A DNA stretch of 64,000 nucleotides. Source: Candidatus Spongiisociaceae bacterium (GTDB taxonomy: Bacteria > Actinomycetota > Acidimicrobiia > Spongiisociales > Spongiisociaceae). The DNA lies in contig CBDCOH010000002.1 in assembly GCA_965219685.1 (NCBI GenBank), positions 1,824,001-1,888,000 on the forward strand, read 5' to 3'. The notes below the pieces were generated by a model. It was not told the origin of the DNA, searched no databases, and saw nothing but the letters and a program-made list of their open reading frames with translations. Of this stretch, positions 17,448 through 26,529 are shown one piece after another (within the stretch, counting starts at the first letter, position 1; each line of letters starts with the position of its first letter). The position numbers and the translations under genes were made by a program.

Positions 17448-18050
17448 TCACCCATCCCGGACTCTCATCAGCATGGAGGTGGGATTGAAGTCATTGCACG
17501 GGGTCAGATCCTGGGGACAGGCCGAGAGCAGCACGACCAGATCCTCATGGACCTGCAGGGTGATGGTGGCACCGGCCTCGTGGGCGGCCCGGTCGGTCAC
17601 CACGTCCCCGTCGTCGGTGACGCGGTTGTGCATGAAGACGTTCCAGGCGGTCTCGCCGTACAACTCCACATCCTCGCCCAGCAGGTCCCGGGCCTGCTCG
17701 AGGTTGGCCAAGCAGTGAGGATGGTCGTCCAGGTCGTAGTCCCGCTTGAAACGTTCATGGTCGCAGCAGGGAACGATGATGTCGTGCTTTTCCACGTCGT
17801 CCCGCACGATCGTGAAGACCGGGTTGCGGTGGTTGGAGAACAGCTGCGAGCCGGTCGCGAGCAGGATCGAAGCGTTGCACGAAACGGTATGGGTCGGGGA
17901 CAGGTACTCGGCGGGATCGTTGCGGAACCACGCGATCAGGTCACCCACCTGGTGGCCTTCAAGATCGACGATATCGAGCAGTTGGCCCTTCTCGACATAC
18001 ACACCCCGGCCCTCCCGAGCCGGGACGATCACTTCAGTTGCTCGTCCCAT
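17448..18050 (-). CDS. DUF1989 / urea-carboxylase-associated family protein
   Basis: Motifs DLEGHQVGDL, HDIIVPCC, CLANL and SACPQDLTPCN. Confidence 0.88.
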   Translation of the reverse strand: MGRATEVIVPAREGRGVYVEKGQLLDIVDLEGHQVGDLIAWFRNDPAEYLSPTHTVSCNASILLATGSQLFSNHRNPVFTIVRDDVEKHDIIVPCCDHERFKRDYDLDDHPHCLANLEQARDLLGEDVELYGETAWNVFMHNRVTDDGDVVTDRAAHEAGATITLQVHEDLVVLLSACPQDLTPCNDFNPTSMLMRVRDG

Positions 18051-18096
18051 TCTTCCATCTCCAGTTGGTCCCGTTGCCCGTTGCCCGTGTACGGCT

Positions 18097-18226
18097 ACCA
18101 CACCTAGCTAGCTCATCGTGGTCGGTCCTAGCCCGGAAGGCGAGTACCCTCCAGAATTCGCCACCATTCACCATTCACCATTCACCATTCACCACTCACC
18201 ACTCACCACTCACCACTCACCACTCA
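18097..18226 (+). repeat. Conserved leader plus (CACCATT)4(CACCACT)5 heptamer array
   Basis: Array at 18162-18224. The leader is similar to 9368-9428. The array overlaps the TGA stop of the enamidase-like gene. Confidence 0.92.
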
Positions 18227-19411
18227 AACATGGGCTGATCCGGGGAGTTCGCCTACCTCGGGGGTGACCGTGACCTGGCGGGCCGCCGCGGGGGTGTTCC
18301 GGCTGCGGAGGGCTCTGATGCGCCCGTCGATGAGCACCGCGCTGATACCGGGAATGTCGCCTCGTGCCAGCGCCCCGAGCGCGTCGCCTCCGTATGAGCC
18401 CCACGGGGCGTCGGCGATTACGAGATCGGCTGGCCGGCCCACCTCGATCTTTCCGGCCTCCAGGTCATAGACATCGGCGGTGACGCCCGAGGCCCACGCC
18501 CAGACAACTGCCGGGTCGGCGTCGGACAGGGAGGACAGTTCGGCCATCGTCTTGACAACACCCAGGGGCATGACACCGGTTCCGGTGGGAGTGTCCGACC
18601 CGATGATGACCCGGTGTTCGGCGCCGCTCTCGAGCGCTGCGTTCACAATCTTGATCGCGCTGCGGACGTTGCCCGCCTGCACGATCTGGAGAACGAGATC
18701 GGTGTTCCGGACGATCTCGAGAACCCCGTCGTCATCGAGGGAGGAGGGACCACCGTTGACGTGACCGCACACGTCGGGCTTGAGCAGCATCAGGTGCTCG
18801 GTGGTGATCGGCTTGGATCCCGGGATCGAAGCGCCTCCCGAGTGGCACATCACCCGGATTCCGACCTCCTGTGCGGCCTGCACCTGTGGCAGGCCGTCGG
18901 CAGGATCCGCGTAGCGGCCGAACCCGAATTTGGCGAGGCGAACACCCTGTTCCGCCAGGTAGCGAAAGTGCTCCGGTTCCAGGGTGGGCTCCAGAACCAC
19001 CGCGCCCCCATGGACCTTCATGCCGTTGGGCCGGTAGTTGCTCCACGAGCGCTGGGCGAACACTGCGAGGGCGACGACCCCGTCGGCGTCGTGCGGTCTC
19101 CCCGGAGCGTGGATCTCCCCAGGAGAGATCGCCTGGGTGATTCCCCCGTGCACGTAGGAACTGAGAAAACCGACCACGTTCTGGCGGGGCGTGAAGTCGC
19201 CGATGACCACATGGCAATGGGAATCGATCAGGCCGGGGCCCACCGTGGCCCCGTTGGCGTCGATGACCTGGTCGGCCTGCTGGGATCCCGCCGCGGACCC
19301 GATCGAGGCGAACCGCCCGTCCTCGATGAGCAACGCCTCGGCGTCACGAACCGGCTGGCCGAGGTCGCCCGTAACCAGGGTTCCGATGTTGATGACCGCG
19401 GTCCGAGACAA
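18224..19411 (-). CDS. Enamidase-like amidohydrolase
   Basis: Segments IDSHCHVVIGDFTPRQ, SPGEIHAPGRP, HSGGASIPGS, GHVNGGP and SDTPTGTGV resemble the enamidase of nicotinate catabolism. Confidence 0.8.
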   Translation of the reverse strand: MSRTAVINIGTLVTGDLGQPVRDAEALLIEDGRFASIGSAAGSQQADQVIDANGATVGPGLIDSHCHVVIGDFTPRQNVVGFLSSYVHGGITQAISPGEIHAPGRPHDADGVVALAVFAQRSWSNYRPNGMKVHGGAVVLEPTLEPEHFRYLAEQGVRLAKFGFGRYADPADGLPQVQAAQEVGIRVMCHSGGASIPGSKPITTEHLMLLKPDVCGHVNGGPSSLDDDGVLEIVRNTDLVLQIVQAGNVRSAIKIVNAALESGAEHRVIIGSDTPTGTGVMPLGVVKTMAELSSLSDADPAVVWAWASGVTADVYDLEAGKIEVGRPADLVIADAPWGSYGGDALGALARGDIPGISAVLIDGRIRALRSRNTPAAARQVTVTPEVGELPGSAHV

Positions 19412-19421
19412 TCCGGGACCC

Positions 19422-20003
19422 CTAACGCAGTCCGTCCTCGCCTATGACGTCCTCGGCCATCAAGCCCCCCAGCCGCGCGTTCGGGCGTCCGCGGTTGGCC
19501 GCCGCTACCGCCACCACGACCTCGTCGGGCCGGGGAGCATCTCCGGGATTCAAGGTGACCGCGTCGTAGTTGTCGCGCACGTAGAGGGCGTCCTTGTGAG
19601 CAAGGGGGATAGTGATCGGGGTACCGGCAGCTCCGACGATGGTGGCGGACGACATCCAGGCCACCCCGCCGCCGACCTCCTCGCGCAGGGGATTGGCGAA
19701 GGCGGTGGAAAGGAACATCACCACATGTTCCTGGGAACCGGCCAGCCCCGCTATCCCACCCTTCCCGTAGGACTGGACCGGGTCGCCGAGTGCTTCCGTG
19801 GCCATCACCCCCAACCGCAAGCCCAGACCGGCGGAGAATGCGACAGCTTCCGACAGATCCTCGTGGTAGGCGCCCGCGTACGGGTTGTGGATGACGGCCG
19901 CCACTATCACCTTCCGCAGCGGCGGATCGGCCCTGATGCCCTCCCGGCTTCGCTCCTCCTCGATCTGGGTGATGAACTTGCGGATCGGGAACTCGAGACT
20001 CAA
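19422..20003 (-). CDS. DUF1185 ('amino acid synthesis') family protein
   Basis: Motifs AAVIHNPYAG, SYGKGGIAG, IPLAHKD and DAPRPDE. Confidence 0.85.
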   Translation of the reverse strand: MSLEFPIRKFITQIEEERSREGIRADPPLRKVIVAAVIHNPYAGAYHEDLSEAVAFSAGLGLRLGVMATEALGDPVQSYGKGGIAGLAGSQEHVVMFLSTAFANPLREEVGGGVAWMSSATIVGAAGTPITIPLAHKDALYVRDNYDAVTLNPGDAPRPDEVVVAVAAANRGRPNARLGGLMAEDVIGEDGLR

Positions 20004-20755
20004 AGGGACTCCCTCCTGGCTGCGTCGGCAGCCGGCGGGTAGGTGCGGTCGAACAGTCCCTCTTCCAGGCCGTCCAGGTAGTCGAGGACGTCCTCGAGGT
20101 CCGTGACGTCCACATACTTCATGTGCAGGTCGAACAGGGTGATCTTGTGGGACACCTCCCCGCGGTCGAACACCGCCTCGTGCGGGATGGTGACGAGAAA
20201 ATCGTAGGACAGGGCGTCGACGGCGCTGGCCCGGACGCAGCCGCTGGTGGTGGTGCCGGTCAGGATCAGCGAATCGGCTCCCATCATGTTCAGGTGGCTC
20301 ACCAGGGGCGTCCCGAAGAAGGCGGACGGTTTGCGCTTCTCTATGAACAGGTCGCCGGGCTCCGGCCCGATCTCTGCCACGATCTCGTTGCCCTTGTGGC
20401 CCATGACGTCTACCTCATCCTCGGACCGGGTGCTCTTCAGGGTCCACACGCCGAGGTCGAAGCCATCGGAGCGCCGCGGGTTGGTCGTGTAGATCACCGG
20501 AAGGCGCTTGCGACGGGCCACGTCGAGTATGCGGCGGATCGCCGGGATCCCGCGCTCCCAGGCCTCGGGACCGCAGGCGTAGCGCCACTTCTTGATCGAC
20601 TCGAGGATCGGCTCGGCCCGGTCGCCGCAGAAGTTGTAGTTGACATCGATCACCATGATCGCCGGCCGTTTCCCGTATCCGGCCCGTTTGCCCCAGCCGG
20701 CCTCCTCGAAGACGACCCGGTCGGTGTCGGTGAGCACGTCGTCCCAGATCGGCAT
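20000..20755 (-). CDS. Isochorismatase-family cysteine amidohydrolase (N-carbamoylsarcosine/maleamate amidohydrolase-like)
   Basis: Asp-Lys-Cys triad: VIDVN, KRKPSAFFGT, TTTSGCVRAS. Confidence 0.9.
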   Translation of the reverse strand: MPIWDDVLTDTDRVVFEEAGWGKRAGYGKRPAIMVIDVNYNFCGDRAEPILESIKKWRYACGPEAWERGIPAIRRILDVARRKRLPVIYTTNPRRSDGFDLGVWTLKSTRSEDEVDVMGHKGNEIVAEIGPEPGDLFIEKRKPSAFFGTPLVSHLNMMGADSLILTGTTTSGCVRASAVDALSYDFLVTIPHEAVFDRGEVSHKITLFDLHMKYVDVTDLEDVLDYLDGLEEGLFDRTYPPAADAARRESL

Positions 20756-20757
20756 GG

Positions 20758-22368
20758 TCAACCGCCCCTCACACTGCGGTATCTGGTCGTCTCGGGGGCG
20801 AACCCCGGACGGTCGAACTCGTCGGCCAGCCACCGGTCGGTAGGCGCCACCCGCACCGGGCTCACGGGATCCATCATCCGGGTCGCAGCCCGGAGCGAGC
20901 GGGGTAGGTACTCCCCTCTCGGCTCGCCTACCGGACGCATCCCCGGCGAGTCGTCGGCCCACTCGGCCGAGATCTCTCCGCGCAGGATGGTCATGATGGG
21001 CCAGCCGGTGAAGTCGTGGCCTTCCATGATCGACCAACCCGACCGGGTGTTGATGTGCTCCTTGCCGACGGTCACCTCCCTGCCGAGGTCGATGATCACC
21101 ATGTCGGCGTCGAAACCGGGCAGGAGCGAACCCTTCTGGCCCCAGAGCCCGGAGGTCTTCGCCGGGTTCTCGCAGCTGACCTGGACCGCCCGCTCGAGAC
21201 TGATGCGGCCCTTGTTAACCCCTTCCGAGAGCATCACCGGCAGGAACAGTTCCACACGGGAGAATCCCGTCCGGCAGTCCCAGATGACCGGGTTGTACAT
21301 CTCCTCGTGAGAGGACGGCTCCCATCCGACCACGTGGTCGGAGCCGACCACATCGACGGTCCCGTCGGCGAGGGCCACCCAGAGGGCTTCGATGTTGTCG
21401 CGCCGGCGGAGCGGGACGTTGATGCGCCAGCCGTACTCGGGTTCGGCCCACAGCCAGGGAGGTCCGGTCTGGGCGTAGAGCTCGAGTCCTTCGGCCCGCG
21501 CCCTTGCCACCTCCTCGAACGACAGCCTGGTCGTGCAGTGCTGCAGGTACAGGGGCACGTTGCCCGGGGTCTGCATGGCGAGGTATGCGTAGGAGCGGAT
21601 GTGGTGCGCCTCCAGGAAGTCGGGCGACCGGTCGGTCCAGGACCCGAAGTCGGTTCTCCCGCTCTCGCGGAGGCGGTCCTCGAAAATACGGCCGATCTCC
21701 CAGTTCTCCGGATGGATGTGGACGATCCCCGGACGTCCTATATGGGCGACCTCTTCCATCACCATGAATACGGTGCCGTCGTCGATGCCCTCCCCGAGAC
21801 CGGCCCTCCGCGACGGCCAGTTGGTGTCCGTGTCGTCGCCGAAACCCTTCATGGAACGGGTCTGGAGGTACAGCTTGAAGGAGGTGACGCCGTGCTCCTC
21901 CGCGTACTGGGGGATCTCCCGGGCATGCTCGTCTGTCTCGAGCATGTACGTGAGGTAGGCGTCCACGTGGCTCACCTCGTTGATCACGTCCCGCCCCGAC
22001 GGGAACGACTCGTTGAACGAGACCACATCGGCCCTGGCCACGACTTCCTTGAACGGTTTGGTACCGAGACGGGTGGTGGGCGCCTGGATACCCCACGTGG
22101 TGATGCCCGCCGTGGCCGCCGCCCTCGACTCGGTGGTCATGTCGTAGTCGAATGGCACGTAACACCCGGGATGCGCCTCGGAATCGACCACCCCCGGAAG
22201 GACGTAGTTGCCACGAGCGTCGATCGTCCGCGCAGCTGCCGGCAGCAGTTCTTCGGGCGCCAGAACGGCCACCTTGCCGTCCTTGACCCCGACTGCAACC
22301 CGGTACCGCCCTCCGCCGAGTACGACCGTCCCGTTGACTACTGCGAGATCGAGAGGTTCTCGTGCCAT
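20758..22368 (-). CDS. Cyclic amidohydrolase (dihydropyrimidinase/allantoinase-like)
   Basis: Motifs SFKLY, HPEN, GSDH, NPAK and KGSLLPGFDAD. GGAG RBS before the ATG at 22368. Confidence 0.85.
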   Translation of the reverse strand: MAREPLDLAVVNGTVVLGGGRYRVAVGVKDGKVAVLAPEELLPAAARTIDARGNYVLPGVVDSEAHPGCYVPFDYDMTTESRAAATAGITTWGIQAPTTRLGTKPFKEVVARADVVSFNESFPSGRDVINEVSHVDAYLTYMLETDEHAREIPQYAEEHGVTSFKLYLQTRSMKGFGDDTDTNWPSRRAGLGEGIDDGTVFMVMEEVAHIGRPGIVHIHPENWEIGRIFEDRLRESGRTDFGSWTDRSPDFLEAHHIRSYAYLAMQTPGNVPLYLQHCTTRLSFEEVARARAEGLELYAQTGPPWLWAEPEYGWRINVPLRRRDNIEALWVALADGTVDVVGSDHVVGWEPSSHEEMYNPVIWDCRTGFSRVELFLPVMLSEGVNKGRISLERAVQVSCENPAKTSGLWGQKGSLLPGFDADMVIIDLGREVTVGKEHINTRSGWSIMEGHDFTGWPIMTILRGEISAEWADDSPGMRPVGEPRGEYLPRSLRAATRMMDPVSPVRVAPTDRWLADEFDRPGFAPETTRYRSVRGG

Positions 22369-22423
22369 CGCTCCAAACTCCCGTCTGTGTATCTTGTCAG
22401 CAACAGAGACAGTAGCCCATCGT

Positions 22424-22460
22424 GTCGCCACCCCTCAACCGGAACCCTGAGAGTGGCGAC
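22424..22460. terminator. Intergenic hairpin (possible terminator or stabiliser)
   Basis: GTCGCCAC...GTGGCGAC 8-bp stem with inner CTCA/TGAG pairing, between the sdhA-like and cyclic amidohydrolase genes. Confidence 0.3.
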
Positions 22461-22558
22461 CCTTTCGTCGCAGCCTGACGAGCCGGCACTTGGGATGCGG
22501 TTCGGCGAGCGCGCTGATGATCCTCGAGGGCCAAGGTCCCTCTGGGCTCGGCGCGGAT

Positions 22559-24271
22559 CTAAGGGGCCACCCGGGGAGGCGCCAAGTACGGGAATCGCAC
22601 GGGGACGGTTGAGACCGACACGCCCTTGCTGCCATCCGACGAAACGACCACGTTACGGAGCCATGCCTCGTCATCACGGCCCGGGTGGTCACTCCTGTGG
22701 TGCGCGCCCCGACTCTCGGTCCGGACCAGGGCGCTCCGGCACAATGCAGAGGCCACCACCAGCAGGTTCTCGATGTCCATGGCTTCGTTCCAAGCGAGGC
22801 TGTGTTCACGACTGCCGGCCGGACGCACCGAGGGCAACCGACCCTCCAGTTGGCGCAGCTTCTCGAGGGTCCGCGAGAGGCCCGGGCCGGTCCGTACGAC
22901 GCCCGCCCCCTCCCACATCGTTTGTTCCAGTTCCCTCCTCAGGGAGTGGGGATCTTCACTCCCGCCCGGCTCCCCCAGTAGTGACTCGGCGCGTGCTCGA
23001 ATCGTCTCGGGCTGGCTGACCGAGACGGTTCCCATCGGCTCGGTTGACGCGAAATCGGCCATGGCCTCCCCAGCGCGAGCCCCGAAGACGGTGGACTCGG
23101 CGACCCCGTTGCCTCCGAGACGGTTGCATCCGTGGACACCTCCGGCATCCTCCCCGGCGACGAACAGCCCTTCGACCGCGGTACGACCCGATGGATCAAT
23201 CCTGACTCCCCCCATGTGGAAGTGGGAGGTGGGGATGACCTCGATCGTCTCTCGGGTGAGATCGCGGCCGGCCAGCGAAGCCCGTTTCACCATGCCGGGA
23301 AACTCGGCTCGGATCCTCTCAGCACCTATGTGGCTGACATCGAGGAAGACGCCTCCCTGCTGGCTACCTCGCCCCTCGACCACTTCGAGATACATGGCTC
23401 GCGAGACGATGTCGCGCGTCGACCGCTCCAACCTCTCAGGGTCGTGGGCAGCCATGAAGCGTTCCCCCGCCATGTTGAGGAGATGACCGCCCACACCCCG
23501 CAACCCCTCTTCGACCACCGAACCGGTCAGCACCGAGTCGCCAGCCAGCAGACCGGTCGGGTGGAACTGGAGCATCTCCATGTCCATGAGACCGAGCCCG
23601 GCCCGGAATGCCATCGCCACCCCATCGCCGGACTTCTCCATCGACGGCGAGGAGTAGCGATACATCCGGGCGCCGCCGCCGGTTGCGATGAGGACCGCAC
23701 GAGCCCTGATCGTGAGGAACTCCCCGGTTCTCAGGTCGGTGACCACCAGACCGCCGACCCGCCCACCATCCCCTGCGAGCAGGAGATCGACGGCCCGATG
23801 CTCCTCGAGGATGCGCACACCGGGCCTGGTCATCACATGGTCCGCCAGGCGGGACACGATCTCGATTCCTGTCAGGTCCCCCCGGTGAACGGTGCGATCG
23901 TGCGTCATCCCGCCGAACGGCTTCAGGTCGTGGCGGCCATCCGGATTGCGGTCGAACCGGCACCCGAGAACCTCCTCCAGCTCCCGTATCCGCTGTGGAG
24001 CATCGTCGGCGAGAACCTTGGCCAGATGCTGGTCGTTGAGGAACCCTCCTCCGATGATCGTGTCCCGAAGGTGGATCTCGGGGGAGTCATCCGGGTGCAG
24101 CGCAGCGTTGAAGCCTCCCTGGACCATGCGGGTGCACCCGCTCTTTCCGAAGAGTCCCTTCACAACGACTGTCACGTCCAGACCGGCCGGATGCGCCGAT
24201 GCCCGCAAGGCCGCGAACAGGCCGGCGCCTCCCGATCCGATGATGGCAATGTCGGTGGTGAGTTCGTTCAT
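22559..24271 (-). CDS. Succinate dehydrogenase/fumarate reductase-like flavoprotein subunit
   Basis: Motifs GSGGAG, QFHPTG, RDIVSR, HFHMGG, NRLGGN and ESRGAH. The covalent-FAD His position is Cys. Confidence 0.88.
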   Translation of the reverse strand: MNELTTDIAIIGSGGAGLFAALRASAHPAGLDVTVVVKGLFGKSGCTRMVQGGFNAALHPDDSPEIHLRDTIIGGGFLNDQHLAKVLADDAPQRIRELEEVLGCRFDRNPDGRHDLKPFGGMTHDRTVHRGDLTGIEIVSRLADHVMTRPGVRILEEHRAVDLLLAGDGGRVGGLVVTDLRTGEFLTIRARAVLIATGGGARMYRYSSPSMEKSGDGVAMAFRAGLGLMDMEMLQFHPTGLLAGDSVLTGSVVEEGLRGVGGHLLNMAGERFMAAHDPERLERSTRDIVSRAMYLEVVEGRGSQQGGVFLDVSHIGAERIRAEFPGMVKRASLAGRDLTRETIEVIPTSHFHMGGVRIDPSGRTAVEGLFVAGEDAGGVHGCNRLGGNGVAESTVFGARAGEAMADFASTEPMGTVSVSQPETIRARAESLLGEPGGSEDPHSLRRELEQTMWEGAGVVRTGPGLSRTLEKLRQLEGRLPSVRPAGSREHSLAWNEAMDIENLLVVASALCRSALVRTESRGAHHRSDHPGRDDEAWLRNVVVSSDGSKGVSVSTVPVRFPYLAPPRVAP

Positions 24272-24951
24272 CGGCGGGGTCCGAACGCCAGCACCCGTCG
24301 CGCCGCCATCCTCTTCAGTTTGTGGATGGCGTGCGGAATGGCAAGATCCTTGGGGCAGGCATCGAGACAGTCAAGGTGGCCGCGGCATCCGTACATTCCA
24401 TCTGCCGTCGCCAACCCGCGTATGCGGCTCTCGGCCTCGGCTTCATCCGCCTCCTCCACAAGCCGTAACGCTCGGAACAATGCAGCGGGGCCCACATAAC
24501 CCTCGTTGACTCCGGCCATCGAGCAGGCCGACAGGCACGCCCCGCAAGTGATGCAGTCCCCCGAGGTTTCGAGACCGGCCGGCGTCTGGCCGTGAGGCGT
24601 CCCTCCTGCCGGATCCACCCTCCTGTATCGAACGAAGAACGGCTCCGGGTCCACAACGAGATCCTTCAGGACCGGCAGGTTGCGCAGGGGGCCGATCCGG
24701 ATCGTCCGGCCCACCGACCGGACGGGAGTCTGGCAGGCGAGAGCCTCCCGGCCGTCAACCAGCAGAGCACAGGTACCGCACATACCGACCCGGCAGGAGA
24801 AGCGAAACGAAAGGGTCGGGTCGTGACGCTGCGCGATGGTCCTCAACATGTCGAGGATCGTGAAACCTACCCCCGGCTTCACCTCGTAGGTCGACTCGTA
24901 GCGACCGCATGATCGGTCGAAACGGGCCACCCGGACCGTGACTATCTTCAC
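24268..24951 (-). CDS. Sdh/Frd-like iron-sulfur subunit
   Basis: Cys clusters SCRVGMCGTC...C, CITCGACLSAC and CRGHLDCLDACP. Confidence 0.9.
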   Translation of the reverse strand: MKIVTVRVARFDRSCGRYESTYEVKPGVGFTILDMLRTIAQRHDPTLSFRFSCRVGMCGTCALLVDGREALACQTPVRSVGRTIRIGPLRNLPVLKDLVVDPEPFFVRYRRVDPAGGTPHGQTPAGLETSGDCITCGACLSACSMAGVNEGYVGPAALFRALRLVEEADEAEAESRIRGLATADGMYGCRGHLDCLDACPKDLAIPHAIHKLKRMAARRVLAFGPRR

Positions 24952-25310
24952 AGTGCCACCGACGCACCCCAAGCGGTCAGTGCTGCAGCCAGGACAGCGA
25001 AGGGGATGGTGAGCCGGTCGGCGACCCGTACCCATCCGAGATCGATCATGATCGTGCGGATGCCGAACAGGGCGTGGAACGCTACGGCGGCGATCAAGAC
25101 AACATCCACCGCTCCGTTCGTGTGGATCGCGGTCATCAAGTCTCCGCCCGGCACTGATCCCCTGAACGCCCAACCGCTGACAACTTTCAGAGGCACGAGG
25201 ACCAGGAGCAGGGCGGACGCTACGCGCTGCACCACCCACGCCACCGCACCCCGGGTAGCGCGCCGGTCCGTCCGCCGTGCCCGAAGGGTCCCCGGATCTT
25301 CCCCGGTCAT
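24948..25310 (-). CDS. Sdh/Frd-like membrane anchor subunit
   Basis: Three hydrophobic helices. Motifs WVVQRVAS and FHALFGIRTIMIDLG (haem His motif). Confidence 0.8.
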   Translation of the reverse strand: MTGEDPGTLRARRTDRRATRGAVAWVVQRVASALLLVLVPLKVVSGWAFRGSVPGGDLMTAIHTNGAVDVVLIAAVAFHALFGIRTIMIDLGWVRVADRLTIPFAVLAAALTAWGASVAL

Positions 25311-25540
25311 GTGCTGGGACCCGCGGAAAGGCCCGGGCTCGTCGTGAAGGTGTCGAGACTCATCCACTCTTCCAAATATCCTCCCCCAAGCCCGGCCGAG
25401 GTCACACAATCCTCGCCCTGTCGTCGGTTAGGGTCGGGACGACCCGACCACACAAAGCGGCAAGGCGTACACATGCAAGATACCTGCGGGTCGCCGGCGC
25501 CAAGGGATTCTGAGGCTCGAGTGACCACCTGTCCCCATCC

Positions 25541-26446
25541 ATGCCCTGGGCTCCTACTCTCCAACCTGTGACGTACGTTCGGGCGGGCTCCATCGAAGAG
25601 GCAGTCTCGCTCCTTCGCGACCGTGGCCCCGACGCGAGGATCCTGGCCGGCGGGCAGAGCCTGATACCGATCATGTCCGCCGGGCTGGCCCGTCCGTCGG
25701 TGTTGATCGATGTGATGGGGATCGACGAGACTCCACTGCTGGAACTGGAGGATGATCATGTGCGCATCGGGTTCCGCGCTCGCCACATCGACGTCGAACG
25801 AGCGGAACCATCGATCGCCACTGCCGCTCCCCTGCTGCCGGCGGCGGCTCCGTTCGTCGGTAACCGGGCGGTCAGGAACAGGGGCACCGTCGTGGGAAGC
25901 GTGGCGCACGGCGACCCGGCGGGCGAGTGGCCTGCAGTCGCGATCGCTCTCGATGCGAACGCCCACATCGTCGGTCCTGCAGGTACGCGGACGGTTAGGG
26001 TCGACGACCTGATCCTGGGATCCCTATGGGTTGATCTCGAACCCGATGAGATGATCACCTCGATCACGATTCCAGCGGTCGAGAGGGACAGCGGTCTCAT
26101 GGCAGGGGCGGGTGTCTACGAGTTGGCCCATCGGCGCGGCGACTACGCCATCGTGGGATGCGTCGCCCAGGCGGTGGTCGACTCCGACGGCCGGATCTCC
26201 GAAGGCCGGTTCGCCATGTTCGGCCTCGGGGACACTCCGTGGCGCAATGCCGAACTCGAGCTTGGTCTGGCGGGGGCACTTCCGACCGACATCGCGGACG
26301 TGACCGGGGAGCTCCCGGGCCTGATCGACGCCGTCACAGATGCCAAGGCGTCGGGGGCATACCGGCGGCAGGTGTCCGGCGTCGTGGCCGCACGCGCCCT
26401 GCGGGCCGCCTACGACCACGCACTCACCCGGCGCGTTGCCGGATAG
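25541..26446 (+). CDS. Xanthine/CO dehydrogenase-family FAD (medium) subunit
   Basis: Motifs ILAGGQSLIP, RNRGTVVGSVAHGDPAGE and GDYAIV. Confidence 0.9.
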   Translation: MPWAPTLQPVTYVRAGSIEEAVSLLRDRGPDARILAGGQSLIPIMSAGLARPSVLIDVMGIDETPLLELEDDHVRIGFRARHIDVERAEPSIATAAPLLPAAAPFVGNRAVRNRGTVVGSVAHGDPAGEWPAVAIALDANAHIVGPAGTRTVRVDDLILGSLWVDLEPDEMITSITIPAVERDSGLMAGAGVYELAHRRGDYAIVGCVAQAVVDSDGRISEGRFAMFGLGDTPWRNAELELGLAGALPTDIADVTGELPGLIDAVTDAKASGAYRRQVSGVVAARALRAAYDHALTRRVAG

Positions 26447-26478
26447 CAGAGATGCAACATCCGAACCCACGATTCTGT

Positions 26479-26529
26479 GCACCCTTAACAACTAACAACG
26501 AACAACTAACACCTAGTAACTAAGGGTGC
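26479..26529. repeat. Degenerate heptamer run (TAACAAC-like) inside a 9-bp inverted repeat
   Basis: GCACCCTTA...TAAGGGTGC flank taacaac taacaac gaacaac taacacc tagtaac. Lies between convergent genes and overlaps the MFS stop codon. Confidence 0.7.

Noticed and set aside
21016-23019. Long antisense ORFs (667 aa here; also 36089-37645, 61917-63479 and others)
   Set aside because: These are shadow frames opposite well-supported genes, as expected in high-GC DNA.
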